Source: the human T2T-CHM13v2.0 reference genome, Homo sapiens
Direction: 5' to 3' (one strand)
Length of the DNA stretch: 64,000 bases
Assembly (NCBI RefSeq): GCF_009914755.1
Contig: NC_060935.1
The notes under the pieces were generated by a model that was not told the origin of the DNA, made no database searches, and saw nothing but the letters and a program-made list of their open reading frames with translations. Shown here piece by piece: positions 40,280 to 51,203 of the stretch. Position numbers and translations under genes: made by a program. Each line of letters begins with the position of its first letter. Positions within the stretch are counted from its first letter, which is position 1.

Positions 40280-43200
40280 AGCTGCAGCTAGGCGGTGCCG
40301 AGCGTGGCTCGATGTGGGGAACCCAGAAGCCGTGGGGATCGAGGAGCGGCAGCGGCCACCCCACGGGGCGGTGAGGGGACATGGTTTGGATCCCCTGTCC
40401 AGGAAGCAATGGCCCGGCCGAAGCCCCGTCCGCCTGCCCGCCCCCGCCCGCCCAGCCGAGGAGCTCCCTTACCTATTGAGCTGAGGAGAGGCTTGTCTCG
40501 ACAACACTGCCCAGATAGCTGAGATCAATCAGAAACAAAGCAGTTACCAACACCGGCCGGGGGGCACCGCCCACGCACACCCAGAGGGAAGCAGGGAGGG
40601 GCACAGCGAGCACCGGACAGGCGAGGCCGGAGCGTGGGGGAGGGAGGAGGAGAGAGACGGAGACCCAGACACGATGGAAGGAAGCAGATGAGCTGAGCGC
40701 GCACAAAGCACAGAGACAGGGCGGCCGAGGCACCTCCGCGCACAGGCGGCGGCTGCGGCTCCTCCACCTCCCTGCGCCCTAAGCCCCGCACCCCCTTCCT
40801 CGGCCGGCCCCGGAGCAGCCCGCGGTGGGGCTGCGGGTGGGAGGTGACCTTGGACTTCCAGGTACCAGGGAGGGTGGGGGACGGGGCAGGGGGAGGGCGC
40901 TGGGCTCCCTCCTCCTCGACCACCTCCCATCCTGCCTTCCACCAGGCCAGCCTCCTCTGGAACTCTCTGCTCCCTCCACAGGCGGCTACATCGAGAAGAG
41001 AGACCAAAGGACGGAGCCAGAGAGAGAGAGAGAGAGAAGAGGGCGGGGGACGGGGTATCCGGGGGCACTACAGAGGCGTGGCCGGCTCTTCCGAACCCAA
41101 AGGCGATGGTGAGGAAGGAAGATAGGAGAGAGAAAGACTGACTGGAGAAGGAAGGAGGGGCAGGGGGAGGAGGAGCGGGGACGGCAGGGGAGAAGGATGA
41201 GAGAAGAAGAGGCACAGGCAGGCGTCCAGGCCCTGGTACCTGGAATACCAGCTGCTACAGTTTAGAGAGTGCTCTCTCAGGCGGGCTGGTCGCGGGAGCT
41301 GGTCTGTCTCTCCGCAGCTTCCTGCGAGGTATACGGGGGGGGGGTGGGGGACGTGTCCTGCACATGGTCACAAGGCCTGACCCTTTTCTCTGGGCCTCCA
41401 GGAGAGGCTGAGGAGGGGGCTGGAGTCCGGCGCTCACTAGGGCTGCTAAGGGCCAGGAGTTCGGGAACAGGAGGCCCCTGGCCTGGTGGTCTGGAGAAGT
41501 CAGGCTCCGGGGTCCTGCTTAGCAAGCAGCAGGGGCCGGGGAAGAAAAGGAGGCTAGACACGAGGTGTGTGGGCAACCCCCAGGACCCCTGCCCGATGCC
41601 AGGACCGCAGGGACTCGGAGAGCCGTCAACTCCAAGAGGGACGGGGTCCACCCCCGCAAGGGCACGCGCTGTGATCCGCCGCTCCCTGGTAGGTGGTGCG
41701 CCCGCCGAGAGCTCAGGGCTTGCCGGAGAAGACGCCTCATGCTCCCGGCAGGGCACCTGGGCAGGTGGGCCCGCTGCGCCCCAGCGACTGCACCCCGCCC
41801 AAACCGCGGCGGCCAGAACTCCTCTCCGAGGGACGCCGGTGCGGCATGTCCGCACGAGCCCTGTCGCCGGGCGGATGGACGGGGTGGAGGGCAGGGCGAG
41901 GCGGGTGGGGGAAGGAAGTTGCCCAGGTGCGGGTGGCGGAAGAGGCGGCGCACTCACCCTGAAGTAGGTAACGTGGGTGGTGGGGTCTCCGGTCGGAGCA
42001 ATTCCTCCCCCGTCCTTCGAGGGGAAGGCGTCTGTCCAAACACGTCCAAGCTGTCCCCAGGCCCAGCAGGGGCGGGGCCGGGTGGAGGGGAAGGGTAGCC
42101 GGTGGCCAGAGTGGTGAAGCCCATGGCGGGCCGGTAGCTGGGACTCCCACTGCGGCTGCTCTGGGAGGGGGAGCCTGTGGACGGCGTAGACTTTCGAGAA
42201 AAGCTGACTGCAGCCGGCGGCTGCAGGGTGATCTCTGACATCTCTGCCTGCTGCAGGAGGCCCGGGCGAGGCCGGGCACGGGCGGCGAGCTCAGGGGAGC
42301 CGGTGCGGGAGCTGAGGGGGCTTTGGGTCAGAGGTGAGAGCCGGGAGGGCTGTAGCACCACTTGATGTAAACTGGGCTCGGCGCGCCTGGCCTGCCGAGG
42401 GCTAGGCCGGGGCCGGGGCTGGGGCTCATACCACCGGGTGTCCAGGCCAAATGTGCTGGGGCCGCCGTGCGCCCCCGGCTCAGCCGGCTCGGGGTAAGGC
42501 AGCACAGGTATGCCCATGCCTTGGCTTGTATGTCGCAGCTGCCCTTGGCTTACCAGAGGTTGCATAGGTCTGTCCTGCCACTTGGCGGCGGGGGGCGCTG
42601 GGACAGGGCCCCTGCCGGGCGACTTGCCTGCCCAACCCTTCGGTGCCTCCAGAGACAGGATGCCCGGGTAGGCCGCGGGCACCTGCAGGGAGGTGGGGGG
42701 CAGTCCTCGGGGGAGGCCGGCCTTGGGCTGCAGACTCTCGGGCACATCACAGGGTGGCAGCTGGTGGGGGAACATCATCGCTGGGGTCTCCAGCCCCCCG
42801 AAGGGGAATTCTGGCCGGCCCCAGGGCTCAGGGGAGCGCCCTCCTGTAGGTGTCTGAGTCAAGGGCAGCGTGCTGTTGGATGCATTCTCTCCATTCTCCT
42901 CGGGGATGGTGGGGTGGCCAAAGGGCCCCTCGGTGGGCAGGGGCGGGGACGACATGACGGAGCTCAGGGGGCTGCCCACTTCTGGCACGTAGAACGGGGG
43001 CGGCTCCACCTCCCCAGGGCTGCTGCTGCTGAGGTACCCATAATACTGGCCATGGTGGAAGGGCCGGGGGGCAGGGGGCCGGGCCTGGCCTGTGGCCTGA
43101 AGCCGACCTTCCAGGCCACCGGGGCCCTCCAGCCCGCGGGGCTGGAACCGAGGGCTGTATGCTGGTGGTGGCAGGTAGGACTCCTGGCTGGATGACAGAG

Positions 43201-43600
43201 GGGTGAGCTGGGACTTCAGGGCGGCCACAGATGTGGGCACCAGTGGGTCCTCGTTCTCCTCGTCCGACTGGCGGAACTCGGGGTACATGTCCGTCTCCTC
43301 GGCGAAGGGGAAGCCCTCGATGCGCCTGCTCTTCAGCGAGGGCTCCATCTCGGCAGGGTCCATCACGAAGCGGCCGTCAGGGCCTCTGCTGATGAGCTCG
43401 ATGGGCGTGGTGGCCTCTGCCTCGGCCTCTGCCTTGGCCACGCTGTACTTCTTGCTGCTGATGGCCCGCTTGGTCTTCTTGTACAGCGACAGCTCCTTCT
43501 CACGGGTGGGGCTCAGCATCCTCTTGGCCGCGGGCTGGCCCTGGTCGTCGGAGGATTCTGACGGCGCTCGGAGCGTGCGGATGCTCTCGGGGCTCACCTT
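40280..43600. promoter_or_regulatory. Intragenic CpG island over exon 18 and proximal intron 18
   Basis: Visibly very GC- and CpG-dense over ~3.3 kb. Not computed. Confidence 0.75.
41255..41321 (-). CDS. IGSF9B: IGSF9B alternative last coding exon (KLRRDRPAPATSPPERALSKL*)
   Basis: ctcgcag|G acceptor, phase 2 matching exon 18, TAG at 41255-41257. Matches the short-isoform C-terminus as I recall it. Confidence 0.8.
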
Positions 43601-43613
43601 GCCAGAGGACAAG
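41958..43613 (-). CDS. IGSF9B: IGSF9B exon 18, 1656 nt Pro/Ser-rich cytoplasmic region
   Basis: ttgcag|C...TCAGG|gtgagt. Lies within ORF 41954..43771 (LSSGKVSPES...PPPTLPTSG). Confidence 0.96.
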
Positions 43614-43791
43614 CTGCAAGGAGGAGCAAGAGCCGGGAGGGGATGAGGTGGGGCAGTGTGCTGGCCAGGACTTCCTTTCCCTCTCTCGGCAACCACCCAG
43701 CACCCAGGATCCTCACGCTCAAGAAAACTGGCTGTGTATCGTGGTGTGAAATGCTTTGGCCAACTCTCCACCGTCTGGACGTGAATCCTCC

Positions 43792-43918
43792 TTTTTTTTT
43801 TAAAGACGGGGTCTTGCTATGTTGCCCAGACTGGTCTTGAACTCCTGGCCTCAAGCAATCCTCCTGCCTCAGCCTCCCAAAGTGCCAGGATTACAGGTGT
43901 GAGCCGCCGCGCCCGGCC
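43792..43918 (-). mobile_element. FLAM-type Alu monomer
   Basis: Single left-arm Alu with T tail. Confidence 0.88.
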
Positions 43919-44195
43919 CCCCCCATCATCCGTCTTTCCAGTGAACACCCGCCTCTTCACTTTTGTGCTGGCCTGCCCCCTCTCTGCTGTGCTCTAAGCA
44001 CACCTCCAGCTTCATTCCCCTCTTTTCAAGACAAGCAAGCTCACTTTAATATCAACTTAAGCAACACATATTAAGGAGGCAAATCTGCTAGGGTGGGAAA
44101 ACACTAAAGAAATACATTCCAAGGCTGAAGAGAAACTGATTACTGGCTAATTTGGATCATCTGCACTGCCACTCCCTCTACCAGCGTGGACAACT

Positions 44196-44325
44196 TACAA
44201 TTAACACACAGGTCAATCAAGAAGAAATGGCTTAGAAACACTGAGATGGGGCTGGGCAAGTACAATTAACACACAGGTCAATCAAGAAGAAATGGCTTAG
44301 AAACACTAACATGGGGCTGGGTAAG
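44196..44325. repeat. 65-bp tandem duplication (2 copies, 3 mismatches)
   Basis: tacaattaacacacaggtcaatcaagaagaaatggcttagaaacact... at 44196 and 44261. Confidence 0.95.
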
Positions 44326-44392
44326 GCGAGCGGTCTACCTACGCGCCCCCTGCCATGAACAGCACAATTCTCCCAGGATCTGAGACACTTAC

Positions 44393-44438
44393 GGAGACTC
44401 CAGGCTCTTCCTGCAGTGGGTGATGGAGAGTGGAGGGT
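44393..44438 (-). CDS. IGSF9B: IGSF9B exon 17 (DPPLSITHCRKSLESP)
   Basis: ttccag|AC...CC|gtaagt, 46 nt, phase 1 to phase 2. Confidence 0.92.
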
Positions 44439-44784
44439 CTGGAAGGAAAGAGAAGGGGAGAGGCTGCTGAGGCCAAGCCAGCAACCACGCAGCACGCGCA
44501 TCTGCAGAGGCTGACAGAGCCGGAGCACCACCGCACAGGGAAGGAGCTGCTCACAGTGGGCATCTTTGGCCCCTGCCTTCATGCTAGCTTGGGCCCCAGC
44601 AGCCTCTCCCCACCACCCCTGCTTCTTACCCCCACTTTCAAATCAAGTCTCACTGGCAGCTCTACCCACAAGATCTCAATGTCCCTATTTCCAAGGGGGG
44701 CCATGCTAAAAATGGTCCACCTCTCTTGATGGGGGGCATTTGAAACCGGGCCAGGGAGAGCAAGGGAAGGGGACAGACACCCAC

Positions 44785-44946
44785 CTTTTTTGCGCTTGAG
44801 CTTACGCTTGCGCTGCTTGTTGACAAAGCAGGCAGCCAGGGTGCTGAACAGGATGGCAGCTGCCAAGAAGCAGATGGTAGCTACGATTCCCGCCAGCACA
44901 GGCCGCGCCAGCCCATCCTCGGTCAGGTCCGGCTGCGGGAAGATGT
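44785..44946 (-). CDS. IGSF9B: IGSF9B exon 16, transmembrane helix plus basic stop-transfer
   Basis: ctgcag|AC...AAG|gtgggt. DIFPQPD...VLAGIVATICFLAAAILFSTLAACFVNKQRKRKLKRKK. Confidence 0.96.
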
Positions 44947-47035
44947 CTGCAGGGAGGGTGGGGAACACTCATGAGCCCATCCTTCCCCGGGACCTCACCT
45001 GCTCCGACCTTCAGTCCCCAAGTGTTTCACCCTGCCTTTGTAGAACAGACAGTGTCAAGGCTCGGGCTCCAAGCTGAACTCTAGCACTGAAGAGGTTTGG
45101 ATGGCGTCACGAAGAGGAAGAAGAGAGGAGAGTCTACAGAAGTCAATCTCTCCAAAGGGTGTAAAGAAGAAAACATCTATGCCTGTCCCCATGGGGATAA
45201 TGACTTCAAGAGTAATCTATACTTATCTAGGGTTTTGCCTTCTGCAAAGCACCTTCATGCACGTTATCAGCTCTTCTCATGTTAACCCCATGAGCTACAC
45301 AGAGCACACATACTGTTCTCATTCTCTAAATGAAAGAGCTCTGATCCACTGGGTTAGAGAGACCCGCTTACGTGGATATTGCCATCAGTGCCCAAACCAG
45401 AACGCAGCTGCCTGCTCCCAGTCTGGGATTTCCTGCCTCACACCAGTGTCTCTACAAAAGGAGAGCCCAGGTGTGAAGGCAACTTGAGGATAAAATACGA
45501 CTGCAGGAAGAGGGATTATTACTACAAAATTCAGATCCTCTCCCCTTCTAGTACAGGCATGCAACGTCCTGAAGATTCGCATCCTGGTCATCTCAGGTAC
45601 GGAAGTACCCTAGAGCTGGCAGGGACAGCAGAGATGGAGCCAAATCTCTCGTTTCACCATAAGGAGCTGAACGTCCTCCTTTCCTGCCCAAGTCTACAGA
45701 GCTCGTTATGACCGAGCCAAGACTAGACACCAGCCTACCATCTTATACTCATAGGAAAGTTGTGTCGGTAAGTGCCACTGCTTAGGTTCAGCAAAGGCAG
45801 AATCGATAGATTGTAACGTATTTGGCCAGAATTCATTGCTGCATCGATAATAATAATGGATAAAAATAATCCAGATGATGCTGATTGTCTGAGGGGAAAA
45901 TGAAAGCTACAGCCTTTGGAAATGGGGGACCTAATACAGGGAATGCTGAGGCTGCTGCCTCCTCCTTCCCCTGTGTGGAAGTGTCTGACGAGGCACATTT
46001 CCTGCCAGGAGCTGGCATAGAGCTACTGAGCACAGAATGGTCAGGGGTGGGCCCACACAACACCCCTTCTTCAGCTCCAGCCTTGGATGCAAGCTCTCAT
46101 CCCTGTTCCTCCAACTCTGAGTCTATTCCCCACAGAGAAGTCAAGAAAGACTGTGGGTTCTGCTACCTGTAGGACACAACCTTTTTTTTTTAAAGCCCAT
46201 TGATGCCTAATGTATAAAGCAGAAATTGCACTCCACACCTGCCCCTGCTCTCGTGCTCCCTGCAGTGTGCCCACACCAGCACTTCCCCAACTCTACAAGT
46301 CCTGCTGCATGAGCTCCTCAGACGAGGTCACTGTCACCTGGTCCCAGGGGACTCTGGGTGAGCGGTGCCCAAGGAAATGATGCCATCACTTGCTTATAAG
46401 CAAGAGCCTTTTCCCATACCAAGGACACCCCTTCACTGGCGGAGGAACCTGCTATGTCTCAGGAACTATAGCTGGAGAGAAGATGTGTAGAAATGGGACC
46501 AGGGCCAAGAGAAAGAAAGATAAATGGAGAAAATGCTAGGGAATTGGCTTTATTTAGCCTTAAAAATCTAGAGAGAGGAAGGAAGGGAGGAAAACACCAA
46601 ACAACAATTTTCCAAATAAAACCCACATAATTATAAAGAAGTCTATCACAAGCATTTGATAAACATGGTTGACCTGTTGTTTCCTCCGATTCACAGCCCC
46701 TCCCCGACAAGAGGAAACTGAAAATGTACAGCAAATAGCACTTCAATCAAGTCCTTTTTGACTACTATAATGAGAAGATTAGTTGAATTTCTTTCTGTGG
46801 CTGTCTTATACAAGTGTCAGAAACTCAGCTTCTGAGCTTCACGAAATAGCATGCATCATGGAAATATGGGTCTGGTGGGCTTAAGAAAGGCTATGACTCA
46901 CGCAGCTGCAACCAGGCACCGCCTTAGTTTCCAATCCAGCTTCTCCTCGTGGAGTAGCCATTTCACAAAATGACCCCCATGCAGCTCTGGGGCTTATGTC
47001 CCTATAGTTGCAAGAGCACCCTCAACCCAAAATAC

Positions 47036-47120
47036 CTGTGCTGGAGACGCCGGCGATGTTGCTGGGCTCGCTGATCAGATCCTGCATGACGGCCAGAACC
47101 CGGAACTCATACCACGTGTC
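47036..47120 (-). CDS. IGSF9B: IGSF9B exon 15 (FN3-2 C-half, DTWYEFRVLAVMQDLISEPSNIAGVSST)
   Basis: ctgcag|GAC...CAG|gtattt, 85 nt. Confidence 0.94.
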
Positions 47121-47259
47121 CTGCAGCCCCAGGGACAATACCCAGTCAGCCGAGGGACCTGAGATGACCACTGTCCCCTCACACACTCATCCTGCACACA
47201 GCCTTGCAAAGGGCAGGGCACCCAAAGCACAGGAGGACTGCTAAGTGTCTAATGCTAAG

Positions 47260-47406
47260 CGATGGTAGCACTGGCCAATTGCTGTGGTGTAAACACTCTT
47301 ACAATGGCTGACTTCAAGCTACGAACGTGAGGTCACCAAAAGCGTTGGGAAGAGATATGTACAACAGGCTCTCCAGGGCCACTGGGAGCCGACTCCAGCA
47401 ACCACT
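47260..47406. mobile_element. MER102-like hAT DNA transposon relic
   Basis: gtggtgtaaacactc..atggctgacttcaagctac..acgtgag..ttgggaagag..gagccgactccagca resembles MER102. Confidence 0.55.
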
Positions 47407-47954
47407 ATTGATAAATAAGTGTCCAGGAAGGAAGACAGAAAGATAGATGAGACTGTATCTTAGGAAACCAGCTGCTTCCTCTCCCCAGCTAGATATCCAA
47501 GTTTAACGGAGCTACTGGAAAAAGAGATAATGCACTTTCCTCCAGGAGCTCTAAATTACTGGAGAAGGGGTTCTTCCCTGGACACACCTAGAAGAGAATT
47601 CTTCTTGGAACTTCTCTGCCCACCCCAGGTTAGGCTCAGCAAGGGCTGGGGTCAGTGCTCTGATTACGCCTGCTGGCCTCTCAGCCTGCCCTGCCCAGCT
47701 TGTAGCGGTGCCGGGACCCTCAGTAGAACACAGGTCCCCGCTGCCCCAGAGCTGGCCCCGAGCCTGTGGGCCATGATCTGAGGAGTCCAGGCCTTGGTAG
47801 CGAGTCTGGGAGAATCCAGGACCAGTGGTGAGGAGGTACAGGATGTGGCTGGCCTCACACACCCAAAGTTGGTCACTCAAAGCTTCCAGTGCCTCTAGAG
47901 TCTTGTCGCTTCCCGGATTTGGGAAGCAGCAGCAAGGAAGAGCAAAGCCCTCAC

Positions 47955-48181
47955 CTGTGACAGATCCTTGGCAAAGAACTCTCCTTCGGTGCCGGGGATG
48001 CCATCGTCGAGCAACTCCCAGCGCTCTGCGACACGGAACTCCATGATGTAGCGGTCGATGGGAAAGCTGTGGTTGGCAGGCGGAAGCCAGGACAGGAGCA
48101 CACCCTGCTGAGTCCGATTGGCTATGAGGCACCTCGGTGGGGTGACCAGCACCAGGGGTTCTGGAGTTGTAATAGGGAATG
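47955..48181 (-). CDS. IGSF9B: IGSF9B exon 14 (FN3-2, AFPITTPEP...FAKDLSQ)
   Basis: ccgcag|CA...CAG|gtgagg, 227 nt. Confidence 0.95.
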
Positions 48182-49131
48182 CTGCGGCGGGGGAAGGAGA
48201 AGAACCACAGCGCATCAGCGAGGCCCAGGGCAGCCACCGCACCCCCCACACTCCTGTGCACATGTCAGGGCCCAGAGGGAAGCAGAGTCAGGGCCCGGGG
48301 CCCAGGGCTTCAGGGTTCTGCCTTCAGAGTACGTCTAAACATACATGAGGGAATCGTGTACTGCAAAAGGGAAGAGAAATGGGAACTATGGGGAAGGAGG
48401 AATAATTAAATGTCATCAAAGTATCTCCTGTGCTCTTCCAGGGAGCTAGGGATATCTTCTTTCTCACAGCACAGCAGTCACTCTTTCCATTCCCTTCTTG
48501 GCCGGGGTTTGGGGGTCAACACAAGGCCCCACAGAGGTGCCAAGGACTGGGGGTGAGCATCCCAGACTGCTGTCCACCTTGGCGGCCGCTCAGGAGCGGA
48601 TTCTGGGAAAGGGGCTGGAGTCGCGCCACCTACACCACCTAGGAAAAGCCTGTTCACAGTGGCCCTTTCTCTGGCTCCAGAGCAGAGCAAACACAACTGT
48701 GGCCAGGCAGGGAGGAGTATGAGGCTGCCTCCAGGAAGGTGGCCTGGAAGACTCTGCAGCGGGAGGCAGCCACATGCCTACCGCCCAGTGACGCTGGGGC
48801 CAGAGGCCAGAACCGGCAGGCGCTGCCAAGGAGGGAGGATGCCCAATCTCCCCTGAAAACAAACATGTGGCCTGACAAGGAAAGAGAAAATTCTAAGTGT
48901 CTTTCTTCCACCTGAAAAAGCAACAGGAATTCGGCCAATGGCACTCTGATGCAGGACCAGCAAACCCCACAGAGACCACAACAAATCCTCACGGGGAGAT
49001 CAGATGGCACGGCTCTGTGGAGCACTCAGCAAGGTACCGGCACACAGGAGGCCGACTGCTATAGCTGCCTGGGCCACCGCCCCCACCACCTCTACAACCC
49101 CCGCTCCCAACATCCCACCCCGGGCCCTCAC

Positions 49132-49307
49132 CTAAAGTGTTCACAGTGACCACCTCACTGAAGGCGCTGGTTCCCAGCTTGTTCTGGGCCAGGACGCTGA
49201 ACTGGTACGCTGTCTCAGGCTCCAGGGTGTCCACCAGCAGCCAGCTGGGTCCTGGCGGCACTGGCAAGGACAGCCAGTCATGGGGCCCAAACTGTGCCCG
49301 CTTCATC
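49132..49307 (-). CDS. IGSF9B: IGSF9B exon 13 (FN3-1 C-half, MKRAQFG...EVVTVNTL)
   Basis: gccag|G...TAG|gtgagg, 176 nt. FN3 motif LEPETAYQFSVLAQN. Confidence 0.95.
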
Positions 49308-51203
49308 CTGGCCAAAAGAGAGAGACAGGATAGGGGACGAGGGGCGGGGTGGGTCACACTGGAGAGAAGAGGGTGCATGCAGGGTGCTCAGGGAGAAGGC
49401 ACTGGTGGGCCTGGCGTTCCTAGGTTCAAGGGCAAGAAGAGGGCATGGCCCAGAGTGGATGCCCTGCCCAGCTTTGGCTGTGCCAATCCTCCTGATGCTG
49501 GGTCACCAACCACAGCTGGCATCTTTTCTACCAAAGGGGCCTTTAGGTGCAAGTCGTGCTCAGGACACTGGTCAGATGGATTACCAGCTGCATTGTGGGA
49601 GAATCCCACCCTGGTCACAACCCTAAGAACAAGCTCTGCCTTGGGAGAGTAAGGCTCTGGGGTATGGGGATAAGCGGCTCAACAGTGGCAGGATGAGGGA
49701 AGGAGCCCAGGACCTGGCTGCACACACCCCCAGGGACAGCTGAAGTAGGGCCTCGGGTAACCCACAGGGCTCATTCATCCAATCAGACTGGAGTCACCTG
49801 AGATGTCCAGGGTATAAGACCATAATGACCAGGGGTTTCCCCACAGTGGGGCCAGGATCCCTAAGGCCGTAAGGGTTGGAAGAAGGTCACGCTATGCATG
49901 GTGAGTAGGAAGACGGGCCGAGGGTGTTCCCTTGTTCCACAGGCTCCCAACTCCCAGCAAAGCCGGCGGGCTATGGGTGCAGTGCTGCCACGTCACCACA
50001 GGGAGGAGACATGGTCCTGTGGGACTGGCCCTCTCCTTGCAGCCCTGAGCTGTAACCTGGTGGGTGCCCTCCAGGATCCACTCCCGGGTCCCGGCTCACT
50101 ACCGTGCACGCCCAGGAGGGTGAGATGAGGCAGCGGAAAGCAGTACAAAAAGAAGCCGGCGCCAAACGTCGGAGTCAGTGCACAGAGTTAGAGGCAGGCA
50201 GAAAGAAAGGAGACCTCCCCAACCTCGGCCCCGCCCTTCCCTGGCCCAGGCAACAAAGCAGCGAGGAGCCACGTGTGGAAAAGCAGTGCAGATGAGCAGC
50301 AGCGTGGAGCAGCAGCGTGAAGCAGCACCGCAAGCAGCAGGGGAGCCCCAATCTACACCTGAGCCCCCCATCGTATGCCCAGACCTCCCACCCAGGCATC
50401 TCCAAAGACAGCTTGACCACACCAAATGTCCCACCCTGGACACCTAGGCGCTGAGCAGCACCGGTCTCCCAGCAGCCACCGGGCAGGCTGGTTAGGGCCC
50501 CCACGCTGCTGCGGGAGGAACAGAGTAAGGGGACGGGAGGTGAGCTGCGGCAACTCCCATCATCCAGGTGCAGTTCTCCAATCAGAATCAAGACACCCAG
50601 GACACTCCGCCCGGGAAGCAGCCACCGAACCACCATGATGGGAGACAGAGCGGGTGCCCCTCTCAACTTCCCTCGCTGCTGAGAAGTGGATAAAGGGGTC
50701 TCCCTGAACCCCCTGAGCTGCCCCAGGTGCCTGCCTTTTCCCCCTCCCCTCGAGCTCCCCCTCCTCGAGTTGAGCCTGGCTAGAGAGACACCTGCAGGTG
50801 AGACAGGTCTAAAAGAAGGCACTGAGGGGCTCGCCCTCCCAGCTCAAGGTTGTCACCCCCGGGGCAGGGCAGGTGGCTGCCACTCTTACTCAAACAGGAG
50901 TGTAGGGAGGGGCAGCCCTTGGGGGTGGGAGGAGTCAGCTAGGCTTCCTTCTCCTCCCTTCCTGTGCCTCCTGCCCTCACCCCGCTTGGCACATTTTTGA
51001 GATCTGTATCTACCCTAAGGTTTGCGCAAAGACCTCATATGACTGCATCTGGCTAAACTGACAACAGAGGAATGAAAACAATTGAGAAACACATGGTCCT
51101 AGAGAGAAAATGCAGGGGCTGACCCCAAGGCTGGGAAGTGAGCATCACCTCTCCACACCAGTTTCTGTGGCCTCTGGGGAAAAGACAGAATAAAAACTAG
51201 ACT

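Noticed and set aside
40607-40622. REST/RE1-like AGCACC-GGACAG
   Set aside because: The half-sites lack the canonical 2-nt spacer, and the flanks do not match.
41255-41266. C-terminal SKL as a peroxisomal PTS1 signal
   Set aside because: It sits on a type I membrane protein tail; a PDZ ligand is the simpler reading.
41269-43646. Plus-strand ORFs of 150-240 aa
   Set aside because: Antisense shadows of the GC-rich exon 18 and CpG island; no recognisable domains.
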